Assembly: GCF_000315625.1 (NCBI RefSeq)
Contig: NW_005434457.1
Location: 1 to 64,000, forward strand
Origin: Guillardia theta CCMP2712
Lineage: Eukaryota; Protista; Cryptophyta
Reading direction: 5' to 3'
Length of the DNA stretch: 64,000 nucleotides
The position numbers and the translations under genes are program-made. Below the pieces are notes generated by a model. That model did not search any database and was not told the origin of the DNA. It saw only the letters and a program-made list of their open reading frames with translations. Each line of letters begins with the position of its first letter. Position 1 is the stretch's first letter. Shown here piece by piece: positions 38,300 through 50,452 of this stretch.

Positions 38300-38690
38300 A
38301 GGAAGACGGAGGGAGAGAGAAGGAAGACAGAGAGAGAGAGAGGGAAGGAACATGGAGAGAGAGAGAAGGAAGGAACATGGAGAGAGAGAGAAGGAAGGAA
38401 CATGGAGAGAGAGGGAGGGAAGGAACATGGAGAGAGAGAGAAGGAAGGAACTTGGAGAGAGAGAAGGAAGGAACATGGAGAGAGAGAGAAGGAAGGAACA
38501 CGGAGAGAGAGAGAAGGAAGGAACATGGAGAGAGAGAGAAGGAAGGAACATGGAGAGAGAGAGAAGGAAGGAACATGGAGAGAGAGAGAGAAGGAAGGAA
38601 CATGGAGAGAGAGAGAAGGACGATGGAGAGAGAGGGAGGGAAGGAACATGGAGAGAGAGGGAGGGAAGGAACATGGAGAGAGAGGGGAGG
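38300..38690. repeat. Purine-rich minisatellite, ~25-27 bp unit GAAGGAAGGAACATGGAGAGAGAGA
   Basis: More than a dozen tandem copies with variable (GA)n, lying between divergently transcribed genes. Confidence 0.9.
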
Positions 38691-38966
38691 AAGAGGGAGA
38701 GGAGGGGAGAGGGAGGGGAGGGAAACAGGCAAAGAAAGAAGACGCTGAAGTGAAAGTGGGGGAGAGAACTTACGGGGAGGGAGGGAGGGAGGGAGAGCAG
38801 GAGGGAGGTGATGTGGTCGAGAGAGGTATGGGCGTGTTGATCTCGCTGATCGTATTGAATGACAACGACTTATAGTCTTTCTAATAACCTTCGAATCAGG
38901 TGGAGGAGAAAACAGCTGCCTTTTCCATGTGTATCTGATCTGAGATCCTGCTGAAATCATCAAGAC

Positions 38967-41900
38967 ATGGCAGAGAAGTCTTCAGATGAAGACAGGGGCT
39001 GTGAATGTGGAGTTTGCCTTATCGACTTCCTTCAGAGCTCCTCACAAACCCCTATCTGGCAGTGCAGGGAAGGGCACGCTTACTGTTCAGCATGCTACGA
39101 CAAGGTGCGGTGGGTTCTTGCACATGCGAGGAGTGTTGACTTGGAGCAGATGGGCAGGGAGGATGCTGTATGTCCTATCTGCAATGTGAGGATGGGAAGC
39201 ATCAGAAACCGCGCCCTCGAGAAGCTAAGGGATCGTACTCTCCGTCCAAAGGCCCCGGAGGACTCCTGTGGATCCTCCGAGAGGAAAGGGGTCGACCATG
39301 GCGGCTTCAAGTTCTCTGATCCGTTTCGGCACACGGCGACCGGGTGGTCCATGCCGTCTGCCCCCCCTCCCTTTGCTTTCTCTCAGCAGTTTTCCTTCGG
39401 GGGCTTTCAGAATTCTTCGCATGTACCGCCTTTCGCTCCAGCTCCAGCTCCAGCTCCAGCTCCAGCTCCTTCTTCTACTCCAGCTCCAGCTCCAGCTCCA
39501 GCTCCAGCTCCAGCTCCAGCTCCCTCTTCCACTCCAGCTCCAGCTCCAGCTCCAGCTCCAGCTCCAGCGTTTTCTTCCGCTCCAGCTCCTGCTCCTGCTC
39601 CTGCTCCTGCTCCCGCTCCCGCTCCCGCTCCCGCTCCAGCTCCAGCTCCAGCTCCTGCTTCTTCTGCTCCCCCTTCTGTCCCTCCTGCTTTTTCTGCGCA
39701 TCCTGCTCACCCGCCTGCAGCTTCTTCTGCTCCCCCTCCTGTCCCTCCTACTTTTTCTGCCCCTTTCTCCACGTCCTCGTTTCCGAACCCCAAGAGAAAG
39801 CCGAAAGCTGGAGCAAGAGGGAGGGGGCAGCCACGGAAAGGCTGCCCGTCCAACGAGGACGGGTTTGTGTTTGAGATTTCAGACCTCCTCAGGAATACCT
39901 TCTTGCATCCGCAAGGGCCGGCGTATCCTCCCGGAGCCTCCTGTCATGACTTTCCCGCCTCCTCCTCCTCCTCCTCCTTCTCGTTCTCCTCGACACCGTC
40001 TGGCTCCAGCATGCCTCAGCAGTCAGCAACTCAGGGATCTGACTTGCCGCCAGGCCCTGGGGGAGGAGACGAGGGGTGCGGGGTAGCAGAAGGAGAGAGC
40101 GCTGCTCCGATGCGAAAGAACAAGAGCAAAGGCCAGCGGAAGAAGACCGTTCAGAGGAAGGAGGGGTCTGACTTCACCTCTACCGAGAGCTTTGTCTTTC
40201 ATCCTCCCCCAAACTTCTCCTTCCCCCAGCCGAGCTCCTCTGGCTCCACCGGGCAGAGTAGCAACTTCAGTTCGGTGCCGTCGGAGGAGCAGAAGTCGAG
40301 AGGGGACAGGGAAAAGGCCGAGTTCGGTGCTCAGCAGCAGTACAGTTCCCCCCCGAATCATAGCAAGGCATGTGGCACGAAGAGAACTTGGCGGAAGGCG
40401 AGGCGAGATATGAAGGAAGACAAGCAAGCTACTAGCTTTCAGTTTGAAGTTCCTAAAGCTGCCGGGGGAGGAGAAGCAGGAGGAGGAAATGCAGCAGCAG
40501 GCACTAGTAGTACCTTCTTTGACTTCCAGACCTACGCAGAGCTGGTTGACCGCGCGGGCCCGACCGCCACAGCAGCTTTCATCGCTAGGAACCCAGGCGT
40601 GTCGCTGTCAGTTCTGCTGGAGATGGTGAAAGAGCGAGAGAAGGCGAAGGAGGAGGAAGTGAAGACGAAGAAAGAGGGGAAGGAGAAGGAGAAGGAGAAG
40701 GAGAGGGAGAAGAAGAAACAAGACGCACCGTCGCAGGAAGTTGATGAGCAGAAGACGTGTCTGGAACTTCGGAATCAAGGAAACAATCTCTACATGAAAG
40801 GACTCTATTATCAAGCTTGCAGCGTCTACTCGCAGGCAATTTCCATTGGAATGTTCGTTGACGCGAAACTTCAATCTGTCCTGCTCAACAATCGTAAGTA
40901 GATCACAACATATCCCTCTCTTTTCTGTTATGTTGCCTTCATCCTCCCCTGTCCTTCTATTTCATTTCCTTCTGCTGCTTCATTCGCCTTGCTCTCCATC
41001 ATTCCTGCCGATAATCTCATTATCGCGGTCTCGCTTGTTTCCCGATGCTCTTACTCTCTCTCGCATTCTCATGTTCCTTTTCCCAGGAGCTGCTAGCCTG
41101 CACAAGCTCAACAGGTTGCAGGAAGCTTATGATGACTGCCGGTAAGGCGAAGAGGACGGAGGGACAGGGAGGAAGAGGGACGGAGGGACGGAGGCGGTAA
41201 AACAGAGCGAGGCAAATAGGAGGAGGTGGAGGAGGAGGAAGAGATTGACATTGAACCAGGTCGGCGATAAATCTCGACGGAGAAAACGGGAAGGCGATAG
41301 CGCGTGGCGCTAATTATGCAGGAGAGTTGGGACTTTTCAATGAGAGCAAAGAGCTCTTCAAAAGAGCGACACAGGTGAGATGAGACTATCATCTCATCTC
41401 TCCTCCTCCTCCTTCTCCTCCTCCTCCTATCATCTCATCTCTCCTCCTCCTCCTCCTCCTCCTCCTCCTCCTCCTCCTCCTCCTCCTCTCTTGATCCACA
41501 ACCTCTCGCTCCCTCGCTCTTCTTCATACACTTCATTCTGCTGCCTCTCGCTCCCTCGCTCTTCTTCATACACTTCATTCTGCTGCATCTTTGACTTGTT
41601 TTCGTCTTCTAGTTTTTCCCTGAGTCTGCAGACATGGTCAAGTCCGTCAAGAAGGTGCCTGTCTTTCCTTCCTCCCTGCGTTGCCTCCCAACCCTGCCAT
41701 CCTTTCCTTCTCATCTTCATTTCTTCTCCACCAAACTCCCCTCCCCTCCCTCCCCTTCCCTTCCTTTTCCTTTTCCTAGTAGCCGCAAGTATTTTGATGC
41801 GGCAGCAGATGGAGTCGCTTGCCGAGCAGGTAGACAAGGCTCGCTCGCTGCTGTTGGACGGGGAGGGATCGCGAGCGAAAGCATGCTTGCGCGAGCCGGT

Positions 41901-43280
41901 TAGTCTGCTCTCTCGCTGTTCAAAGTCTGAGGCTAGTGGCTCAGCTAAAGTCGTCGCCCCAAGTCAATCGAGGTCATGAAGCTGATGGTCAAGGTGAGAA
42001 CTGGCCGCCCCTCCTCCCCCTTCTCCTCCGCCCCCCGCCGCTCCCTCTCCTCCTCCTCCTCCTCCTCCTCCTCCTCCTCCTCCTCCTCCTCCTCCTCCTC
42101 CTCCTCCTCCTCCTCCTCCTCCTCCTCCTCCTCCTCCTCCTCCTCCTCCTCCTCCTCCTCCTCCTCCTCCTCCTCCTCCTCCTCCTCCTCCTCCTCCTCC
42201 TCCTCCTCTTTTCTCCTCCCTCCTCCTCCTCCTCTTGGCCTTCTTGCCGCCGTCATCTCCTCTTCGTTCTCTCCTTCCTTCCCCTCCTCTCACCGGCTCA
42301 CAACCTTGACAGGCCCATCACGCCTGCGGGGAGCATGACGAGGCCCTGCGAATGTGCACGGCGATGGAGGAGAAGGGGCAGGGGGACCTGGAGGTGAAGC
42401 TCCTCATGAGCAAGTCGATGGCAGCAGGAGGGAGGCTGCAGGAGGCGATCGCTAAGATGCACGAGATGCTCAAGTTGGACCCCGAGTATCGCGACTGCAA
42501 GCAGGAGCTCAAGGACCTGAAGAGGATGGAGGAGATGAGGAGCAGAGCAGAGCAGCTTCTCCGCACCCGCAGGTTCTCTGAGTCAATCGAGCTCTGCTCC
42601 GAAGCTCTCCGCATCTCTTCCTGGGCCACTGGCTTCAACGCTGCAGTTCTCCTCACCCGGGCCTCCTGCTGGGTTGAGCTCAAGTCGCTCGAGAAGGCGA
42701 TCAATGACTGCTCCTCCTCCCTCGACCTGAACCCCCGGCTGGTCAAGGCTCTGATCTGCCGAGCTCGATGCTACATGCAGCGATCGGAGTACGAGGAGGC
42801 AGCCGAGGACTTCGAGCGAGCAGCGCAGGTCGACCCCACCCAGAAGCTTCTGCTGCAGCACGAGATGAGCGAGGCGAGGAGGAAGGCGTCTGCTCCTTCC
42901 GACTACTACAAGGTCCTCGGCGTCAGCCCCTCTGCGACAGACAAGGAGATCCGAGCAGCGTACAAGAAGTTGGCGCTGCAGTTCCATCCCGATAAGCAGA
43001 GCGGAGGAGGCGAAGCTGCAGGCCGAGCCGAGCGGCAGTTCAAGCTCCTATCCGAGGCCTACGCAGGTGAGTCGTGCGCTGATCGCCCGGTAGAGGTTGA
43101 CAAGCTGCTGCAGTGCTGTATGATGAGCAGAAGAGGAAAGAGTATGACAGGAGCAGAAACCAGAACGCGTTCGAGAACAGGGAGTTCTCGCATGGCTGGA
43201 ACCATTCCTTTAATTCGAAGCGATCGAGCAAGCAGTGGGACCAACGCTCAAGGTCGTATAACTCATGGCAGCATAGGTAG
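38967..43280 (+). CDS. DNAJC7/Tpr2-like TPR + J-domain co-chaperone with N-terminal SINA-type RING and (AP)n linker
   Basis: RING: CGVC...[15 protein letters not shown]...CPIC...RNRALEKL. TPRs: [26 protein letters not shown] and [27 protein letters not shown]-domain: DYYKVLGV...[16 protein letters not shown]...FKLLSEAYA|[12 protein letters not shown]. Confidence 0.85.
42045..42210. repeat. (CCT)n microsatellite in intron
   Basis: Long CCT run between a GT donor (~41994) and an AG acceptor (~42312). Confidence 0.9.
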
Positions 43281-43439
43281 GGAGCGAGCGTCTCATCCGA
43301 AAGACACTCGATCTTGTACAATAAATCAAACCATGAGATGTTTGCTCTGCCCATTCCACCCCCTACACTTCATCCGCTGCTTTCCGCTTTCTCACCCTCT
43401 CCTGGTATCTCCCGAGCCATCAGCAAGGTCAGAGTCACG

Positions 43440-44069
43440 TCACCTGCGGACGATCTTGTGCAGATGAATCTGAGCCTCTTCACTCATGCCAAGTTTGTCC
43501 ACCTCAGCCTCTGGGATCTCCTCAACGTCAAACTCACCCGTGTCATGCAAAAGTGCGAAAAACATGAAGGAGAATGGTCTGTCGCAGAAAACGCTGTAAA
43601 CGATGCTCCCCGGAACCGTCACCCTCAACAGAGTCCAGAGGAGGTCCTCGTGACTCTCTTGATCATAGAAGAGTTCAGACAAGATGACATAGTCGAATGT
43701 CTCTACATGGCTTTTGAGCTCAGATAACTCCCATCCTCTCTCCCCCCACTCCAGTTCCACAGCCTTCATGCTCAGTCCTGCCGCGCATGCCATGTCCGCC
43801 TTCATCTTCAACCTGTCCAGGCAGCCTCCCCCTCCTCCTCGCTCTGTTGCTGTAACCTTCGCACCCATCTTGCTTAAGGCCTCCGCCAGAACACCCTCAC
43901 CTGCTCCCAGCTCGAGGAGCTTCTTTCCTTTGAAGTTGCCCTTCTCCTTCTTGTCGAGGAACTCCAAGAGCACGAGCGACGCCTTCCACAAGTGTCCTCC
44001 TCCCTCAAGCCGTCTCACCTCCCCCAGCTCCTCCTCGCCCTTGGCCTCCATCTCCTTCCGCCCCGCCAT
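43440..44069 (-). CDS. Methyltransf_16 (METTL21/EFM-like) protein-lysine methyltransferase
   Basis: [15 protein letters not shown], motif [27 protein letters not shown]. Confidence 0.88.
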   Translation of the reverse strand: MAGRKEMEAKGEEELGEVRRLEGGGHLWKASLVLLEFLDKKEKGNFKGKKLLELGAGEGVLAEALSKMGAKVTATERGGGGGCLDRLKMKADMACAAGLSMKAVELEWGERGWELSELKSHVETFDYVILSELFYDQESHEDLLWTLLRVTVPGSIVYSVFCDRPFSFMFFALLHDTGEFDVEEIPEAEVDKLGMSEEAQIHLHKIVRR

Positions 44070-44735
44070 CCCTTGCAGAGCTGAACTAATCCAAATCAAA
44101 CTAAAACGTTAGATAGTCGTGCGAGTGCCTCAGGACCGTCGACAACTTGGCAAGTTCCCAGTCCCGGTGGCCCGGCACTGGCACACCGGGTGACCGCACT
44201 GTGACCGGCGGCCGGCGGGGCCCGGCCAGCCTGGCTAGTACGGTCACATCACTGACCTTAGCCACGGCCAGGGCCCGGCCCAGTGGCCGGGCACACACTC
44301 CGAGTCAGGCTGCGACACCGTTCGGACTGACACGCCGGGGCCGCTACTATAAACCTTTACTCAAAGTTAAGTTAAAAATCAGTACGAGGACAATAATGAG
44401 AGACAATTTAAACAGTAGCTTTCAACTTGCGCCGCCAATAATGGCGGTTGACGGTTTACAGCGGCGGGGGAACGATCCGGCGAAGGCTTGTTGGTGCCCG
44501 GCCAAAGAAACACTGATACACCAAACGTTGTGAGTCGAGGCTCTGACATGTCGAGTCCGGCACTTGTCAGCATCACTGCCAGGCGTCACAGACAGTCAAC
44601 GCGAGGTCACGATGTCGACATGGCGTCCGGGATCAACAGTCACCAATGGCCCGGCCCATTCAGATATGAGGCACCAGGGTAGACAGGGCTTGAAGGAGGG
44701 GTGATGGTACCCGGCCAAGCATATCCAGTGATATC

Positions 44736-44906
44736 AAACGTTGCGTCTTGAGATCTCCTTATGTCAGCATCACGAGGGAACAAGATCATAGAAGTCTTAA
44801 CAGGTATCCGGGGACATCTAATACCACCCCACCTCGGCCCTAGAATCCGGTCTAACTGCTACCCCTCCTCGCACAGGAACATTCGCCCCCTACCCCCTTC
44901 TATAAA
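44736..44906 (+). promoter_or_regulatory. Putative promoter module AAACGTTGC...ACAGGAACA...TATAAA, shared by micro-gene copies
   Basis: The same ordered motifs lie upstream of copies A, D and F. Copy C has the first two; copy E has AAACGTTGC only. Confidence 0.55.
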
Positions 44907-45043
44907 CTGATTCTTGGCAGCCTCCGCTCCATCCCTCCTCCTGGTCAGCTTCCTGCTCCACGCGCTTGCTGCTCCTCTCCTTTGTCTGTGCTTGGACACC
45001 CTTGGCTCTGCTCTCTGAGCCCTGCTGTTGGCTTTTCGTCGCC

Positions 45044-45247
45044 ATGCACGTCGCTCGCGCCCCCTCTCCCTCTCCCGCGCGAAGCATGGGACCTGCGAAG
45101 CTCTACGCCTACGTCGAGCCCTCCAAGGACAAGAAGCTCAGCGCCCTCCGCGACTCCATCGCCCTCATTCGGAGCAACGCGCGGGTTGTGAGCGCGGTGG
45201 GGGAGTGGATGGAGCTGGGGGCGGGGAGCCTGAACGAGAAGGCATGA
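45044..45247 (+). CDS. Micro-protein family copy A (67 aa)
   Basis: gccATG start. MHVARAPSPSPARSMGPAKLYA + conserved YVEPSKDKKL...GAGSLNE module. TATAAA at 44901. Confidence 0.55.
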   Translation: MHVARAPSPSPARSMGPAKLYAYVEPSKDKKLSALRDSIALIRSNARVVSAVGEWMELGAGSLNEKA

Positions 45248-45834
45248 GACCAAGTGAATTAACATCGGAGCTGCACGTGAGAGCTGAGAAGACTGGCCAG
45301 GACAGCGAGGACGATGGCGATATACAAGAGCAGGTGCAGGGCAAGTAGCAGAGGCTAGGGGTAATTCAAGGCATGGTTTCTATTACGCCGGCTTCAGGGG
45401 CGATTTTTTGATGTAATATAGCCAGGTTACAAAAGATAGTAATAAACTTTGAGAATGCAAACTGAACCGTAAACCATCTTGAAGATTCGAATGATTCATG
45501 CACAAACGGAATTTGCAACTGGTCCCTGTTGGTTTTCATGATCATGACAAGAATCTCCTACCTACATCTGAACGTGTCACTTCATGGATGAAATCATGCA
45601 GCAAGTTGCAAGACAAGAAGCGACTCAATTCAAAGATTGTCGATAGGCACTGATACTGCATTGTGATCACTTCATCATGAAGAAATACTTCTCAGCTTTA
45701 CCTCGCACGACCCTCATCCTCTTTCGAATCAAGTTTCACTTGGGAACTGTCGGAACTTCGGAGCACTGACTCGGGAGGACTGCTAAGGAGGTCGCCTACG
45801 GACTTCAACAGCATGGTTCTCGGAGGATCAGCTC

Positions 45835-45990
45835 AGCAAGGACAAGAAGCTCAGGACCCTCCGCGACTCCATCGCCCTCATTCGGACAAACGCGCGGGTT
45901 GTGAGCGCGGTGGGGGAGTGGATGTAGTTTGGGAAAGGAAGGGGGGGGGGGGGGGGGGGAGGGGGGGGGTTAAAGCCTGAACCAGCTACA
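45835..45990 (+). pseudogene. Micro-protein family copy B, degenerate
   Basis: Reads SKDKKLRTLRDSIALIRTNARVVSAVGEWM*. A GAG>TAG stop, an expanded poly-G and a remnant AGCCTGAACCAGCTA follow. No in-frame ATG. Confidence 0.65.
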
Positions 45991-46059
45991 GGAAGCTATT
46001 GTTTTCATGCAGCGAGGGTAAGACAACAAAGAATAGTGAGTGTTCTCGAAAAGAATAAT

Positions 46060-47355
46060 GAACTTCTTGGAACGAGGATTCCGAGCTGTAGCTCTACTTC
46101 TTTCTCTAGAGTTCAAGTCAGTTCTCGGCCTTTTCCTTCAAGTGTTAGGAAGTCGCTCCCATCACCTTAGCAAGCAAGTCTTTGTCCGCCTTCTGCAGAT
46201 ACTTGCGGCTCTGCTTTGCCAGCCTGATAGCAAACAGCCGTCAAGGCATTCCAACGGCTGTTGATGTTGATGTTGATGTTCACACCTCCGCCTGACATCG
46301 TCGGGGTCCGGGCTGGAAGTCCTTGTCTGGAATGAGACGGGTCTATACTCACTACCGGACCGGGCAGAAGCAGCATCGGACACGTAGAAACCGTTGCTGT
46401 TCATCAGCTTGTTCCTGCAAAGCGGCAAGTCAGTGGTACAGGCAATCAAGGCGCCTTTACACAGCAGGGGCTTGGGACTGACCCAAACGCGTCTTGGTGT
46501 GCTGTGGGTAGCGAGTTGCCCGCAGTTGTCCCAGGCTGGGAATTGAAAACATCGGCAGAGATAGATTCTGTTATGAGATTCTGGATTGAAGACTTCAGGC
46601 TGGAGCCACTTTCATTTGAGAAAACCTCACCCCCCCGAAATTTTCATCGCCCTGGCTCCGATTCTTTAAAATTTTGTCCTGAAGCGTTCAACAAGATAGT
46701 TGTTCAGTGTTTGCTGGTATGGATATCACTACCAAGAGACTCTTTCACTCACACTCATCTTGATTGCCGTCCGTGGAGAGTTTGAATCTTCTTTTGAATA
46801 AGAACCACTTAACTCATTCGAAACACAAGATACCGTGATAGTCTTCCCTCCATGAAACATTCTTGTTGCTCCTGTAAGGTACAGGCCACTCATAATTTGT
46901 TCACACGACTCTCGGCCAGTCAATTACCTGTTGGTCCTCATACCAGATTCTGTGAAATCGTCCACAATCTCCGTAAAGTCATCCTGTCCTTTGAAATCAG
47001 AGCATGTTTACGATGGCTTCCTGTCTTCGCACTTCAGTCCTTTGCAGATCTTCAGAATCATCATCTGTGAGAGGCTGGAGATGGATTCAGGCGTCGTCTC
47101 CAAGATCAGAGGTCTGTTGTCTCTGGTGTCATACCCCGAAGTGTCTTGTTGTGTCATCGACTGTCATGTTGTCCAGTAGCCGATGGTATTCTTCTGTGTC
47201 CTGTCAAGTCAACCATTACGGGCAACAGCTAACGCAGGAGAACTTGACACTTCACCACGTCCTCTTCCACCACGCCTCCTTGCAGCGAGGGAGCAGGACG
47301 ATCGGCCCAGCCCTTCTGCCCCAGGGCCTTGCCGTCTCTCGGTGAGTTGCGCATG
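46060..47355 (-). CDS. Probable multi-exon hypothetical gene
   Basis: Colinear minus-strand ORF pieces with plausible short GT-AG introns. No recognisable domain. Boundaries are approximate. Confidence 0.25.
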
Positions 47356-48067
47356 ATTCCTCGCTGAAGAGGACTTCAGCAGCAGCGCACATACAAAAAA
47401 AACTCGAGTGCCTGTGCTGCTACGAGCTTTGGGACCGCGGCCTTGAGGTCTGTTAGCTCGCCCGGAGCTCGCTTGTCGCCTGTTGAATCGCAAGAATACG
47501 TGTGACGTCTGTGGGACGAGGAGGAAGAGCAAGCAACCTTGTTTCAATGCAGGGCTCGCACTTTCTTCTCTGAAAGACAAGATCGGGTCAGACAGCAAAG
47601 CGCTCGAGCCGAGACTTACATGGTGGACTCCCCTCCCTCATTCCCAAAGCCTTGAGTGCAGTTGGAACAATAGTTCCCCATCCTTGATCCTCCGCACTCT
47701 CTCCAGGTTCACCAACGAGCTGCTGACCAGTCAATTCATATCTCCTCCTTCATCCTCCCTGTTACCCCCTTCCCTCCCGCCTACTTCCCTGTTGCCTGCC
47801 TGCCTGCCCGCCCGCCCGCCCGCCCCTCCATCTTCCTCCTCCGCCCCCCCATTCGCTTTCTCCTGCTCAACTCCGGGAGATCGCACACTATTTCTGCTAG
47901 TGGTAACCTAGCCGTGAGTGGTAACCTCCAGTAGGGACAAACAATGGCGAGGAGCGGGGAGTAGGGAATCGCAAGAGGGTCGGGGGCTCCGAGGAAGGGG
48001 AGGGGAAGAGACACGAGAGATGCACGCTGAGAGGAGGCGCTGGCGATCAGTGGAGACGTCAGCTGCC

Positions 48068-50140
48068 ATGCCGCTCCTCCCCCTGACTGCGGTTTCTCGC
48101 AGCACATGGCTTCTGCACCTGCTCCTCGCCGTGCTGTCACTGCCCCCTCCTCCCTCTCTCGGACTTACCCGTCATCCGGAGCATGTTCCCGTCGCCATCA
48201 ACCTTCAGCATGTTCAAGGGGCTGTGGTGGAGGCAAGAATCGTTGGGATGCAACCAGACGTCTCCTACTCTGTCCTGATGCAGGCGATAGTCGACGGACT
48301 GATCGTCTTCTCGCAACCGATGAAGGTCAAGAGCTCGAGGATCGAAGTTACCATATCTGAACTGCCTCTGGGGGTGAATCAGCCGACCATTTCCTGCAAG
48401 CTCTATGACGACTACCCTCACCTCTCAACTACCGAGAGCCTCCTTGCTTCGGTTCAGAAGCAGCTCCCTATCACTATCAAGGAACCGCCATACTCCGACG
48501 AGACGAGGCTGAGGATTGCGTGCTCTGAGCAGAGCTTTGAGGTCCCTCCGTCGCTCCAATGCTGCAGCAGCTCGCACGAACAAGACCTGAACATCTCCCT
48601 GGCGTCCATAGGCAGCATCGATCGGTCGATTCAGATGCTGCATGTGATGCTTCAATGGGACGGGCCTGTGTCGCTGGTTTTCTATGCTAGGTCGGAGGAG
48701 GAGGAGCGATTTATCTCAGCATTTGTGGAAGAGACGATGATCCCAGCTGCCGTCAGAAGTTGTCGCGAGCTGAATCTCCAGCTACTGTCGGACTGCCACG
48801 ACCAGGGCTCGCCGGAGCGGGTGTATCCCTTCCCAGTCAACAAGCTTCGATCTGTTGCCGTGTCAAGGGCCAAGACAGATCTCGTCCTTTACATCGACGT
48901 AGATTTCATTCCTTCGGCTGATGCTGCTCGTCAACTGCAGCAAGCAATGTCGTCGCCATCCTTTGATCAAGCCGCTGGCCTGCTTGTGCTCCCGGCCTTC
49001 CTAACCGTCTGGTCGTCACCTTGGCCATCGCCAATGAGGGTGGAAGACGAAGGGATGCAAGTAGAGCCTCTGCACTTAGACGAGCTGAAGCGCCGCTGCA
49101 TCGCGGGTGACGTGTATCCTCCGGAGATGCCGTTCCGCATGTCGCCGCATGGAGCTACCGACTACCTCAAGTGGTTCCACATGCCAGCCAACAGGACAGA
49201 GCCGTTCCAAGTTCTCTACAGCATGTGGTACGAGCCCTACTTCGTCGTCAACCGCCGCCTGTGGAGGGGGATCAACCACCCTGGGCTCTTCGACGAGCGG
49301 TTCGTGGACGCTGGCCCAGACAAGGTCCAGCTCGCGTACGAGGCGGCAGTGTTGGGGTACTCGTTCTTCGTGCATCCAACCGCCTTCCTGGTTCACGTGC
49401 CTGAGAGGAAGGAGCTGTTCTGCCATGACAGGTTTGCTCAACTATGCAAGAAGCAAGAGGTCGATAAGACAAACTGGAAGGACAAGACTCTATACTTCTC
49501 CAACTTCCAGTTCCTCGACTTCATCTTCAGCATGCCAAGGTGGACGGACCACCGAGTCCCGGAGGGGTTTCATCGCCCCTGCTTCACCATCCCCTTTGCG
49601 TACATCACGGAGCTTTCTCGACGGGAGCTGATCTCGTTCCTCTTCCCTCCTGCGAAGGTCAAGATGGTCTGGACATGTGCGAGGGATAAGTGCGAACGAG
49701 TCCACGAGAAGTTTATGCTCTGGCAGGGTCATTTCCTGCCTCCCTCTGCCTTTCAAGTGCCTCCTCCGGACCTTGAAGCGCGTCAGTCCTTCAGGGAGGC
49801 CTTCAGCCGCTGGTGCTTCACTATTCCTCCCCTTGTCGGCATCTACTTCGTCCGTTCTGGCCGAGTTTTCATCCAGTATGACTCTCTCCTTCTTAACGGG
49901 GAGCCGGACGAGGTTGTCAATGCTTCTCACAAACTCTACACCAGCAGCGCTGCCTTCGTCCTCGAAATGTTTGAGGACAGTGGGACGAGCACGGCGGAAG
50001 TCCCTTGGGAAAATGAGTGCTTTGAACAGACCGGCAGCCTTGCTAAGCTTGTCTTGTGCCATATCCAGTCTAAGATGGAGACGAGGCAGGGCAACTTCGA
50101 CGTCATCTTGCGATCAACTTACTTGATGAGTGCGTCTTGA
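48068..50140 (+). CDS. GT49 family (LARGE/B4GAT1-like) glycosyltransferase, intronless
   Basis: N-terminal hydrophobic segment. FPVNKLRSVAV...LVLYIDVDFIPS (DxD), YEPYFVV, FDERF...DKVQLAYE..LGYSFFVHPTAFLVHVP. The ORF is open from 47918; 48068 was chosen for its signal/TM context. Confidence 0.85.
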   Translation: MPLLPLTAVSRSTWLLHLLLAVLSLPPPPSLGLTRHPEHVPVAINLQHVQGAVVEARIVGMQPDVSYSVLMQAIVDGLIVFSQPMKVKSSRIEVTISELPLGVNQPTISCKLYDDYPHLSTTESLLASVQKQLPITIKEPPYSDETRLRIACSEQSFEVPPSLQCCSSSHEQDLNISLASIGSIDRSIQMLHVMLQWDGPVSLVFYARSEEEERFISAFVEETMIPAAVRSCRELNLQLLSDCHDQGSPERVYPFPVNKLRSVAVSRAKTDLVLYIDVDFIPSADAARQLQQAMSSPSFDQAAGLLVLPAFLTVWSSPWPSPMRVEDEGMQVEPLHLDELKRRCIAGDVYPPEMPFRMSPHGATDYLKWFHMPANRTEPFQVLYSMWYEPYFVVNRRLWRGINHPGLFDERFVDAGPDKVQLAYEAAVLGYSFFVHPTAFLVHVPERKELFCHDRFAQLCKKQEVDKTNWKDKTLYFSNFQFLDFIFSMPRWTDHRVPEGFHRPCFTIPFAYITELSRRELISFLFPPAKVKMVWTCARDKCERVHEKFMLWQGHFLPPSAFQVPPPDLEARQSFREAFSRWCFTIPPLVGIYFVRSGRVFIQYDSLLLNGEPDEVVNASHKLYTSSAAFVLEMFEDSGTSTAEVPWENECFEQTGSLAKLVLCHIQSKMETRQGNFDVILRSTYLMSAS

Positions 50141-50452
50141 CGCGAGGAGAGAAGAAGGACCGTCAGGATATCCCGTCTATCTCTATCTATCGTCGTGCAT
50201 CAGTTAAACCAGTCCATCTCGAGATTTATGCTTTATTTACATCTCACACCCAGTGGCACAAGCATATTCCCTCTTCTTCCTGATACTCCCCTCGCCCTTC
50301 CTCCTTACTGTACACCTATAACATCCTCTCACATCCCGCCGTCCTCGCTGAAGCCAGCTCGCTATCAGCTGCTCCTCCCTCGTCAGACTTGACCCGTTTC
50401 CCTACATCCTTATCCTCTCCCCTTGATGACGATGTCCTGCTCGGTTGCTGCG

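Noticed and set aside
43895-43925. ELGAG in the methyltransferase motif I resembles WMELGAG in the micro-gene core next door
   Set aside because: Only a 5-aa match. The flanking motif order is incompatible and there is no extended DNA similarity, so it is probably coincidence.
42890-44069. Functional link between the J-protein and the adjacent METTL21-like (Hsp70-methylating family) gene
   Set aside because: Convergent adjacency in a eukaryote is weak evidence, and the substrate cannot be assigned from sequence.
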